Virus record (IMG/VR): IMGVR_UViG_3300011918_000001
DNA from: a virus
Reading direction: 5' to 3' (one strand)
Length of the DNA stretch: 40,528 nucleotides
Shown here one piece after another: positions 25,863-33,087 of this stretch (position 1 is its first letter; each line of letters begins with the position of its first letter). The notes below the pieces were generated by a model. The model did not search any database, was not told the DNA's origin, and saw only the letters and a list, made by a program, of their open reading frames with translations. The translations under genes were made by a program, and so were the position numbers.

Positions 25863-25944
25863 GTGTAAAGAAAATAAATGTAATAATGAAGTGGATACCT
25901 GGTATTACTGTGACGATCACTTTAAGGGAGACGATAATGAATAA
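25855..25944 (+). CDS. Cys-rich micro-protein 4 (29 aa)
   Basis: MSKCKENKCNNEVDTWYYCDDHFKGDDNE. GGGAGAGGG SD upstream. Confidence 0.35.
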   Translation: MSKCKENKCNNEVDTWYYCDDHFKGDDNE

Positions 25945-26095
25945 AGAATACTTAGAGGCTAAGTTTAATCTGTGTATCAATGAGGCAGAGAAGGACTTAC
26001 AACAGGAGGAGATAGCAAGAGCTATCGCTAACCTACGCAGGGCTAACTCAGCCCTGTCGCAGTTGTTTGGGTTTGAGGAGGAGGAGAATGAGTAA
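25937..26095 (+). CDS. Small helical protein (52 aa)
   Basis: The likely start gives MNKEYLEAKF. The ORF track extends to 25886. Confidence 0.55.
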   Translation: MNKEYLEAKFNLCINEAEKDLQQEEIARAIANLRRANSALSQLFGFEEEENE

Positions 26096-26339
26096 CATCT
26101 ATACCATACACCCACCAAAGTCAGACCTGATCTTATTCTATGAGGTGGTAACGCCAGAGGGAGAGAACGAGTGGGGCGGGGCTAGTGCCCAGCAGGCTAT
26201 CCAATGGCTCAGCCTTGCACCAAAGGGTGCGAGAGTGCTGGTATCTGCCTGGGATAGTGATGAGGAGGACGCTCACTTAGTAGGGCAGACGATAGACATA
26301 ACCGAGATTATTCAACAGGCAAGGCAGGTAGGCAGATGA
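26088..26339 (+). CDS. Hypothetical early protein (83 aa)
   Basis: Start MSNIYTIHPP follows GGAGGAGGAG. Confidence 0.6.
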   Translation: MSNIYTIHPPKSDLILFYEVVTPEGENEWGGASAQQAIQWLSLAPKGARVLVSAWDSDEEDAHLVGQTIDITEIIQQARQVGR

Positions 26340-26419
26340 GCTTGGTGTTAGGGATAATCATAGTAATGGTGGTAGCCTATGTGCTTATAGTGTGGGAGGA
26401 CAAGATCAATGGAGAGTAG
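26336..26419 (+). CDS. Possible 27-aa single-TM peptide
   Basis: MSLVLGIIIVMVVAYVLIVWEDKINGE. ATGA coupling. Confidence 0.35.
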   Translation: MSLVLGIIIVMVVAYVLIVWEDKINGE

Positions 26420-26690
26420 GCAAGTAAGCGGGAGACAATCTATCCACTACCGCAATTACAGAAGGGCAAGAGACAAGGCACTTGTGCGCCTAGCGCACCT
26501 ATACCCAGACACATACAAGCAACTGCTTGATGAACAAAGGAGTTTTGATGAGCAAGAGGGCAAGACTTGGATCATTGATAGTAATAGTAGGCTTACTGTG
26601 GGCGTTCATACCAGAGCGAACGCCGTCCCTCCCTTCGGAGATCCCGCAGATGCGGGAGAGGACGAAGGCTACGATGGAGGAGAAGCGTGA
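26409..26690 (+). CDS. Hypothetical basic/acidic protein (93 aa)
   Basis: The N-terminal half is RNYRRARDKALVRLAHLYPDTYKQLLDEQR. The C-terminal half overlaps the next gene out of frame. Confidence 0.5.
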   Translation: MESRQVSGRQSIHYRNYRRARDKALVRLAHLYPDTYKQLLDEQRSFDEQEGKTWIIDSNSRLTVGVHTRANAVPPFGDPADAGEDEGYDGGEA

Positions 26691-26979
26691 AAACAAGGCA
26701 CTTATCATTAGTTACTCAAAGGCACTCGGTTACAACGACAACCAAGTCAAATGTTTGCTCACCTTATGGACCCGTGAATCCCGCCTCGACCACTTGGCTC
26801 GCCCAAGAGACTCTCAGGGCAAACCAAGAAGCTCAGCTTTTGGAATTGCTCAACTCCTTAGAGAGCGTAGTGGACAGCCTGAATTACAAATCCTTCACGG
26901 TCTACGATACCTTGGTCACCGCTACGGAGGCAGTGCGTGTCGCGCTCTTGGGCACTCCGATAGACGAGGGTGGTACTGA
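26548..26979 (+). CDS. Secreted or anchored lytic-transglycosylase-like protein (SLT-type, ends in GWY)
   Basis: LWTRESRLDHLA...SSAFGIAQ...LRYLGHRYGGSACRALGHSDRRGWY-stop. The start at 26548 follows AAAGGAG and yields the signal peptide MSKRARLGSLIVIVGLLWAFIP. Alternative starts are 26527 and 26674. Confidence 0.65.
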   Translation: MSKRARLGSLIVIVGLLWAFIPERTPSLPSEIPQMRERTKATMEEKRENKALIISYSKALGYNDNQVKCLLTLWTRESRLDHLARPRDSQGKPRSSAFGIAQLLRERSGQPELQILHGLRYLGHRYGGSACRALGHSDRRGWY

Positions 26980-27617
26980 TGAGACTTCTTGATCTTTACT
27001 GCAAGGCTGGAGGAGCGAGCAAAGGCTACGCTGACGCTGGCTTTGAGGTAGTAGGCATTGACATCAAGAAGCAGAAGCGGTATCCCTTTAAGTTCATACA
27101 GGCAGATTGCTTAGAGATACTGCAAGACTTAGATTACTTGCGTACCTTTGATGTGATTGCAGCTAGCCCACCTTGCCAAACACACTCGCGCACTCAGCAT
27201 TTACGCAATGCTCAGGGTAAGAGTACAGACAAAGTAGATCTGATACCTCAGACACGAGAGGCATTGATCGCTAGTGGTGTGCCTTACGTGATTGAAAATG
27301 TACCAGGTGCGCCATTGATTAACCCTGTTCAATTCTGTGGCTCATCCTTTGATCTAAAGGTACGTAGACACAGACTCTTTGAGTCAAACGTGCAACTGAT
27401 AGGTTCAGTATGTGACCACAAGAAGCAGGGAAAGCCAGTAGGTATCTATGGATCTATGCGTGATGAGATACCTAAAGGTGGACACACTGCAAAGAGTATT
27501 GAACAGGCACGCGAAGCAATGGGAATTGACTGGATGATCTGGGGAGAATTAGTAGAAGCTATCCCACCACGCTATACTTGGGAGATAGGTAAGCAACTAA
27601 TACTTATGATAGACTAA
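26970..27617 (+). CDS. Compact DNA (cytosine-5) methyltransferase
   Basis: Motif I DLYCKAGGAS, motif IV ASPPCQTHS, motif VI IENVPGA, RRHRLFE, and motif X-like EAIPPRY. Only 215 aa. Confidence 0.85.
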   Translation: MVLMRLLDLYCKAGGASKGYADAGFEVVGIDIKKQKRYPFKFIQADCLEILQDLDYLRTFDVIAASPPCQTHSRTQHLRNAQGKSTDKVDLIPQTREALIASGVPYVIENVPGAPLINPVQFCGSSFDLKVRRHRLFESNVQLIGSVCDHKKQGKPVGIYGSMRDEIPKGGHTAKSIEQAREAMGIDWMIWGELVEAIPPRYTWEIGKQLILMID

Positions 27618-27659
27618 TCTTGCTGAGAGTTTCTAACCCTTTCTCTCGGCACAACAAAG

Positions 27660-27694
27660 CCCCACTAGTCCTTTCGCTGGTGGGGTTTTGCTTT
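27660..27694. terminator. Bidirectional intrinsic terminator between the converging early and middle operons
   Basis: ccccactag-tcctttcg-ctggtgggg forms a 9-bp stem with one G-U pair, followed by ttttgcttt on the plus strand. The A-run and T-rich context work on the minus strand. Confidence 0.75.
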
Positions 27695-27866
27695 ACCCAC
27701 CGTTGGAGTAGAAGCCTTTACCCTTAAAGGTGATGGCGGGAGAGTCCCACTTACGCACCATTGGTATGTGGCAGTCAAAGCAAGAAGGTTCACGTGGGTC
27801 CTCGTGGATAGACCGCTCTATAGTTAATTCACTATTGCACTCAGGGCAACGATAGTCATACTGCAT
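27693..27866 (-). CDS. FmdB-family zinc-ribbon protein (57 aa)
   Basis: Hand-translated as MQYDYRCPECNSELTIERSIHEDPREPSCFDCHIPMVRKWDSPAITFKGKGFYSNGG. TAATG coupling to the upstream gene. Confidence 0.7.
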   Translation of the reverse strand: MQYDYRCPECNSELTIERSIHEDPREPSCFDCHIPMVRKWDSPAITFKGKGFYSNGG

Positions 27867-28072
27867 TAGCCCAACTCCTTCTCAATTGCTCGGATGGTTG
27901 GGCAAGGATAAATATGAGCACACCAACACATAAGTTCTTCTTTGGTTGGTACCCAATCTGGTATTGGACTTGGTGTATGCAATTCCACTACTGCAATTAA
28001 GGATACGGCAAGGCTGGCATACTCACCCCTTGATGCCAAATTTATTTCTGCCAGCAATTCATCGTGTGTCAT
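27866..28072 (-). CDS. Hypothetical actinophage-type small Cys protein
   Basis: AVVELHTP...CWCAHIYPCPTIRAIE. Confidence 0.6.
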   Translation of the reverse strand: MTHDELLAEINLASRGEYASLAVSLIAVVELHTPSPIPDWVPTKEELMCWCAHIYPCPTIRAIEKELG

Positions 28073-28452
28073 AGTTGCACACCTTCCTCGATAGGTAAAT
28101 ACCCCACTAACTTGTCAACCTTTTCAATCCTATCAAACTCTGTAGTCGCTGGCATTTGGTGATTAAACCATACTGGTTCTGGTAAATCTAACAGGTCAAA
28201 GGAGAAGATACCTTTGGGTGTGGAGTTGATGTAATAGGGAACAAGATCACGCTCTGCTGCTTGGGTGATGAGCTTGCGATACTTCATCTCTTCAATCAGT
28301 AAGGTGTCATAGTGTGTAGCCCTGCACTTTAACTCTATGTAGTGACCTGCTTGCTTGGAGATACAGTCATAGGCATCAAAGATCCCCTCAGACTTTACTA
28401 AATCTGGGTACAAACCCTCACGCAAGAAGGTAAACAATAACTCTTCGTTCAA
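28069..28452 (-). CDS. Hypothetical protein, possible PD-(D/E)xK nuclease
   Basis: FDAYDC...HYIELKCR resembles D..ExK. The assignment is weak. Confidence 0.35.
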   Translation of the reverse strand: MNEELLFTFLREGLYPDLVKSEGIFDAYDCISKQAGHYIELKCRATHYDTLLIEEMKYRKLITQAAERDLVPYYINSTPKGIFSFDLLDLPEPVWFNHQMPATTEFDRIEKVDKLVGYLPIEEGVQL

Positions 28453-29081
28453 GACCAGGGACTCACTCCGCCTAGATTATCCTGCAACCTACGCATTGAC
28501 TGAGAACATCTGCGATCTGCTGTAGAGATGGCACACTCTAGTACCTGTGCTATCTGTTGTAAGGTAAAGGATTCGTGATGGCGCATACGCAAGATAGCCT
28601 GGTCCTCTTGGTCTAGTTTTAGAAAACCTTTCTTGATGTCAATGAGGTTAGCAAGTAGGTTGCCACCTTCTGCCGGAGATGATGAACCTTTAGGTTGCCC
28701 ATCTCTAATCATCTCTTGTGCTTGCTCTAATACTGTGCCATCTATGACCGATGCAATAACAAAGGGGAGCAACTGACCAAGGGTAGCTGACTCGTAGTAA
28801 GCCTCATCATTGGTCTGGTATCCAGACTTAGCAGCCTTCTCCTTGCGTGCGTATCGCTCTGCTACACGCCTCATCTGCCAGGCTATGCGCTGCTCATTAT
28901 GTCTGCGCCTATCTTCGATAGGTTCCATTAGATCAACTGTGTGATCTTCTACTCTAGTCATAGCCCACGCCATCAACTCCTGCTTTACATCATCTCTTTC
29001 AACGTAGGCTTTGTACCTACGGTGGATAGTGTTAGCAACACTAGGCACTAGGTCATAGATTACTGGGTGTAGTTCAGTCAT
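28449..29081 (-). CDS. RNA polymerase sigma factor (sigma-70/ECF-like)
   Basis: Region-2-like DDVKQELMAWAM, and a region-4 HTH reading DQAILRMRHHESFTLQQIAQVLECAISTADRRCSQSMRRLQ. Confidence 0.7.
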   Translation of the reverse strand: MTELHPVIYDLVPSVANTIHRRYKAYVERDDVKQELMAWAMTRVEDHTVDLMEPIEDRRRHNEQRIAWQMRRVAERYARKEKAAKSGYQTNDEAYYESATLGQLLPFVIASVIDGTVLEQAQEMIRDGQPKGSSSPAEGGNLLANLIDIKKGFLKLDQEDQAILRMRHHESFTLQQIAQVLECAISTADRRCSQSMRRLQDNLGGVSPWS

Positions 29082-29557
29082 CGCATCACCACAACTGCCG
29101 ATGGGAACGGAGCGGAATTAGGTTGGTTCCCAAACTTGAGACGACCTCTAATGAATTCGATTTCATACGCAATGCAATGCTCGTGCCGCCAGGAAGTGTC
29201 AGTTCTGGAGGGAACCAGTAGTACCACGGTGCAACCCTTCTTGCTCTCAGCTTCTGCTTTAGCAACCCAATCTTTGATTGTCCTTCCGTATGGTGGGTTA
29301 AGCCACACGGCTTCACCGTTACTATCGCTAGCCCAGTCATTATGAAATGCGTCCTGACGCGCTGGAACAGGATGGTCTGGGCCGTACCAATTATCGGGAA
29401 CAAGAGTGGATGACTGCAATGCTGCTGCGTCCAAAGAAAAACGAAACGTGTCGTTGTATCTGTCGAAGAAAGCTCGTGGTGTAGTCCACGTATCATCGTT
29501 GGAGGTTTTGAAGGTATCAGTTTTGTAGAATCCCTCACTCACTTGGCCACTTACCAT
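29078..29557 (-). CDS. DNA N6-adenine methyltransferase (phage Dam family)
   Basis: WTTPRAFFDRYNDTFRFSLDAAA, WLNPPYG, and RLKFGN...APFPSAVVV. Confidence 0.85.
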   Translation of the reverse strand: MVSGQVSEGFYKTDTFKTSNDDTWTTPRAFFDRYNDTFRFSLDAAALQSSTLVPDNWYGPDHPVPARQDAFHNDWASDSNGEAVWLNPPYGRTIKDWVAKAEAESKKGCTVVLLVPSRTDTSWRHEHCIAYEIEFIRGRLKFGNQPNSAPFPSAVVVMR

Positions 29558-29951
29558 CTAGTACCATCAGTGCGATAGCACTGTAGTTGAGTAGATCAAT
29601 GAAGCTATCTCGCAGTGATTCGTTCTCAGGGGTAGCACCTTTATCAATTAGGTGATTGATACGTGCCAACTTATCGTGCATACGTACACGCAGACCATTA
29701 AGTGGTCCACCTGGTGAGTGAGCAATGTTCTTTGGGCCGTAGTCCTTGTGCTTCTTGATGAGCAGGTTACCTGCACTATCTAAGACCTCCCACATATCAG
29801 CAACAAACTGAACCTGCTTGTGATCTATCTTGTCGGTATTGGTCTTATCATTATTACTTCCGTAGATGTATCGTAGCTCAGGATTTGAAAGCCCAAATGC
29901 TGCAAAGTCTGTAGCATCGTGTCCCACTCGCTCTTTGTCATCGTCATACAT
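29535..29951 (-). CDS. All-alpha MazG/DUF1599-like nucleotide-metabolism protein
   Basis: KHKDYGPKNI...GLRVRMHDKLARINHL...DSFIDLLNYSAIALMV. Confidence 0.4.
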   Translation of the reverse strand: MYDDDKERVGHDATDFAAFGLSNPELRYIYGSNNDKTNTDKIDHKQVQFVADMWEVLDSAGNLLIKKHKDYGPKNIAHSPGGPLNGLRVRMHDKLARINHLIDKGATPENESLRDSFIDLLNYSAIALMVLDGKWPSE

Positions 29952-30594
29952 TCGACTCCCCTATCAGTAACTTTCTCGTAGCATCAATTCCATTAGCCAA
30001 GTAGTAATCATTGATGTCCATACCTGGTGGTAGCGTAACAATCTGTGAGTTCATTACCTCGTTAGCCACACGCTTAGCAAACTCTGCACCTGGGTTAGAC
30101 CCATCCTCTTTGATGTCATTGTCTCCAACAACAAAGATAGTTTCATAGCCTGCAAATAGTTTAGGAAAGTGTGGCTTCCACGCTGCTACTCCTGGTACAC
30201 CCACCGCTGGGATACCCAGCTCACCGCTAGTAACTATCGTATCTAGTTCACCCTCACATACCACTATGTAAGGTGAGTCAACAGTGATGTCACATACATT
30301 ATACAGATGTGCCTTCTGCCCAGTAGGTGAACCATACTTAGGCTTGGCATCATCTAATCGTCTAAACTTAAAGCCAACACAACCACCAGATGCAGTGATG
30401 TATGGGATAGATAGCCACCCTTCATACATCTCGTGACCATTGATGGGGTTAGTAATAGTTCCTAGTTGAAACAGTCCCGCTGTCTCTTCAGAGATCCCAC
30501 GTCCTTCGAGTACGCCCAGTGCCTCTGGACTTATTGCCTGTGCGTATTGTTGCGCCGCTTCCAGCAGCAATTTCGACTGCACGTTTGAGGCCAT
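29944..30594 (-). CDS. DnaG-type primase, Toprim part
   Basis: YIVVCEGELDTIV...IPAVGVPG...IFVVGDND. An internal GGAG SD lies 7 nt before the ATG. Confidence 0.8.
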   Translation of the reverse strand: MASNVQSKLLLEAAQQYAQAISPEALGVLEGRGISEETAGLFQLGTITNPINGHEMYEGWLSIPYITASGGCVGFKFRRLDDAKPKYGSPTGQKAHLYNVCDITVDSPYIVVCEGELDTIVTSGELGIPAVGVPGVAAWKPHFPKLFAGYETIFVVGDNDIKEDGSNPGAEFAKRVANEVMNSQIVTLPPGMDINDYYLANGIDATRKLLIGESNV

Positions 30595-30865
30595 CGTTAA
30601 ACTCCAAGTTCTCTAGGATACATACTAGGTTAGCTGCATTGCCACCCTTACCGCAGGTATGGCAGAAATATAAATTGTCATAAGTATTGATAACTGCTGA
30701 ACGTCTACTGTCACTATGTAAACAGCAACGAACCGAAGCACTCTTGCCTTCACGTACCTCACCTCCGAAGTGCGAAACAATTGCGCCTATGGGGATTGAG
30801 TTTGCATCAACGGCACCTTTGAACCTTCCCGCTTTACGTACCCTGGACCAGTCTTGTGCTGGCAT
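30488..30865 (-). CDS. DnaG-type primase, CHC2 zinc-finger part
   Basis: CCLHSDSRRSAVINTYDNLYFCHTCGKGGNAANLV. The ATG at 30865 follows AAGGGG. The ORF track gives a GTG at 30871. Confidence 0.75.
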   Translation of the reverse strand: MPAQDWSRVRKAGRFKGAVDANSIPIGAIVSHFGGEVREGKSASVRCCLHSDSRRSAVINTYDNLYFCHTCGKGGNAANLVCILENLEFNDGLKRAVEIAAGSGATIRTGNKSRGTGRTRRTWDL

Positions 30866-30943
30866 ACACACCCCTTATCATCACACTTATCGTGCCAATG
30901 AGATGAACGTTTGTAGTGAGCAAGCGTGTTCTCTTCTCCTGCC

Positions 30944-31036
30944 TTATTGCAGTTCTGGCAAATCATCTTCAGTCTCTTCTTCTACCTCTGGTACAAGTAT
31001 CTCTGTTGTGGTGATGTCACCTTCTGGTACTGGCAT
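30944..31036 (-). CDS. Possible 30-aa acidic peptide
   Basis: MPVPEGDITTTEILVPEVEEETEDDLPELQ. TAATG coupling. Confidence 0.25.
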   Translation of the reverse strand: MPVPEGDITTTEILVPEVEEETEDDLPELQ

Positions 31037-31386
31037 TACTGTTTCTCCTTTAACCATTGAGTTAAGTCTTGGATTACCCAAGCCTGATCTATTGAAGCGT
31101 TGCGACGCTTAACTACCACGTAAGACAGAGGAACTTCCCCAAGACCTCTTGCCTTTGCATAGTTAAGCGCCTCAACTTGTGCTTCTCTCCAGAACTCAGG
31201 CAACGATAGGGTTGCCCTGTTCTTGAGTTCAAGGATGTAAGTTTCTCCCGCGATAACAGTTACGATGTCGCCCTCATCCTTCGCCCCAGCTTTAGTCAGA
31301 CGCTCTGCAATAACTCCAGCCTTGCGGAGCCACTTCATTACATCTGTCTCAAACTGAGAACCTTTAGTCTTGTTGTACTGACTCAT
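31036..31386 (-). CDS. PD-(D/E)xK nuclease, Holliday-junction-resolvase-like
   Basis: GSQFETDVMKWLRKAG...DEGDIV...YILELKNR. Confidence 0.5.
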   Translation of the reverse strand: MSQYNKTKGSQFETDVMKWLRKAGVIAERLTKAGAKDEGDIVTVIAGETYILELKNRATLSLPEFWREAQVEALNYAKARGLGEVPLSYVVVKRRNASIDQAWVIQDLTQWLKEKQ

Positions 31387-31618
31387 CTACCAGTACTACC
31401 TTGTTGATCTTGTAAACGATGTTGCCTTCTTCGTCTTTGACTAACTCAACAACACCAGATTGCAGCAACGCACCAACGAAGTTGGTTACATCTACCTTGA
31501 GAGCATCAAGTTCTGCACGCAACCCATTAGTAGCATCACGCACTGCATCAATCCTAAGATTATCTCTGTACTTATTTGATAACTGTTCAGACATTATACC
31601 CTCCTTGGTATCCTGCAA
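31364..31618 (-). CDS. Hypothetical helical protein
   Basis: ORF track, 84 aa. Confidence 0.55.
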   Translation of the reverse strand: MQDTKEGIMSEQLSNKYRDNLRIDAVRDATNGLRAELDALKVDVTNFVGALLQSGVVELVKDEEGNIVYKINKVVLVDESVQQD

Positions 31619-32435
31619 TCGTATCTTTTCTTAACATCCAACCGAACTCATTTTGATCTGAGATCTGTACTGCTGCATAGTTTACCAGTAGCTGTGCATA
31701 CTTACTGCCATCAGCAGTATGTGCGCCAAAGCGATTCTTCACCGGTGCTACCTTGAGTATGCCTTGCGTTGGGTCATAGCCCAGTGTAAGTATCAGTGCA
31801 GGTAACTGACTGACCTTTCCGTGAATTGCTCTGCGATGAGGTGGGTTACTAGGTGAGCCATACTCTGACTGTTCTGATACGTGGTGCAGTACCATCACAC
31901 AAGCCTCAGTCTTGCGTGCCATATCGTGTAGCTCCATCATAATTGCTCTAAGTCCAGCCCATTCGTTGTCCGTCTCAGCGGTGATGTTCATTAAGTTATC
32001 AATGACTATCAACTCAGGTGGCTGACCATAGAGTTCTACGTAGGCCCTGATCTCTAACTCCAAGTCATCAATGTTTGGAGATGAATCAAAGACCCACTTG
32101 ATGTGTGAAAGTTTATCTAAGTGTGCATTGTAATACTTACTATCGTTAGACAAGTTTGCCTCTACTGTCACTTGTGAGTGACCAGATAGATGAGACACAG
32201 ACCTCATCATTACGGTAGTGGTATCAGTATCTGCGGAGAAGAAAAGTGTAGGAACTTTGGCTTTGATTGCATATATCAGAGCGAACATAGACTTACCAGC
32301 ATTAGGTGCTGCAGCTACCATACATACCTGGCCTCTGCGAAACTTAATACCTTCTGTTGCTAACCCACTCCACACGTCAGGCAGTGGTGTTGCTTTGGTA
32401 AGCACTCCACTCCAAGCGCGGGAAAGATTAAGCAC
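31587..32435 (-). CDS. RecA-fold ATPase, DnaB C-terminal-domain-like helicase candidate
   Basis: Walker A AAAPNAGKS, Walker B LIVIDNL, and VMVLHHVS. At 282 aa it has no DnaB N-terminal domain. Confidence 0.7.
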   Translation of the reverse strand: MLNLSRAWSGVLTKATPLPDVWSGLATEGIKFRRGQVCMVAAAPNAGKSMFALIYAIKAKVPTLFFSADTDTTTVMMRSVSHLSGHSQVTVEANLSNDSKYYNAHLDKLSHIKWVFDSSPNIDDLELEIRAYVELYGQPPELIVIDNLMNITAETDNEWAGLRAIMMELHDMARKTEACVMVLHHVSEQSEYGSPSNPPHRRAIHGKVSQLPALILTLGYDPTQGILKVAPVKNRFGAHTADGSKYAQLLVNYAAVQISDQNEFGWMLRKDTIAGYQGGYNV

Positions 32436-32697
32436 TTCTGTCCTCCTGATTTAATCTAATATTACGTTGTCTACGGATGCTTCTGCGTTCTAGGTCGGCA
32501 AGGCCACCCCAGATTCCGTGTAATTCGTTATGGATTCCCCACTCTGCACACTCAATTTTGTGTGGACAAGAATGGCAAATAGATTTTGCAATCTTTGCTT
32601 CAGTCTGACTAATGCCACCTGATTCTTTCTCAGGAAACCAGTAGTCACCACCTACAGTTGCACAACTAGGAGCTTCGTATTGACTTGGCTCCCGCAT
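32428..32697 (-). CDS. whiB: WhiB-like transcription factor
   Basis: C-x24-CHSCPHKIEC followed by the GIWGG turn and a basic tail. Confidence 0.9.
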   Translation of the reverse strand: MREPSQYEAPSCATVGGDYWFPEKESGGISQTEAKIAKSICHSCPHKIECAEWGIHNELHGIWGGLADLERRSIRRQRNIRLNQEDRSA

Positions 32698-32700
32698 TAG

Positions 32701-33087
32701 TTAGCGAACCCAGATAGTGTCGCACTTATCTGGCGCACCCTTAGGTGCTGCACACATATAACCTGACCACGGACCCTTTTGTCCTACACCTGATCGCAGT
32801 GACATCACACCGTGACGGCAGGTATTGCCTGATGCTGGTTGTGTATTGTAGTTAGGTTCCTTAGCAGCAACTACTGGTGTTGCATTAAACTGCTGGGCTA
32901 TTGCTCCAACTGTTGGTGCTGGTGTACCACCTGTGAACTCTGCACCTGTTGCTTTAATCAAAGATGCAACCATACCTAGATCATTAAGACCTGTCTCTAA
33001 ATCCTGTACATCTTTTGCGTACAAGTTAATAAGTGTTCCATCTGCTAACTTGTAGTTAATCTGGAACTTTGTTCCCTCTGTAGCCAT
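32701..33087 (-). CDS. Hypothetical protein with a C-terminal Cys/His cluster
   Basis: CRHGVMSLRSG...GPWSGYMCAAP...DKCDTIWV. Confidence 0.55.
   Translation of the reverse strand: MATEGTKFQINYKLADGTLINLYAKDVQDLETGLNDLGMVASLIKATGAEFTGGTPAPTVGAIAQQFNATPVVAAKEPNYNTQPASGNTCRHGVMSLRSGVGQKGPWSGYMCAAPKGAPDKCDTIWVR

Noticed and set aside
25645-26118. 157-aa minus-strand ORF across the zinc-ribbon micro-ORF region.
   Set aside because: It is antisense to a run of SD-preceded, start/stop-coupled plus-strand ORFs in a purely plus-strand operon, and its product is low-complexity.
26687-26992. 101-aa plus-strand ORF with a GTG start overlapping the stop of 26409..26690 (GTGA).
   Set aside because: It shares its DNA with the frame that carries the LWTRES...GIAQ...RYG...GWY transglycosylase signature and ends exactly at GWY-stop. 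Only one frame can plausibly be the main product. It remains a remote possibility of dual coding.
29086-29538. 150-aa alternative-frame ORF inside the Dam methyltransferase gene, and the plus-strand ORF 29136..29345.
   Set aside because: The NPPY-containing frame is clearly the real one.
30787-30966. 59-aa Cys/His-rich minus-strand ORF (MICQNCNKAGEENTLAHYKRSSHWHDKCDDKG...) upstream of the primase.
   Set aside because: The N-terminal half looks zinc-finger-like. Its last ~27 codons, however, overlap the primase zinc-finger ORF out of frame, and it also overlaps the 30-aa acidic ORF. It is too uncertain to call and worth a Ribo-seq look.
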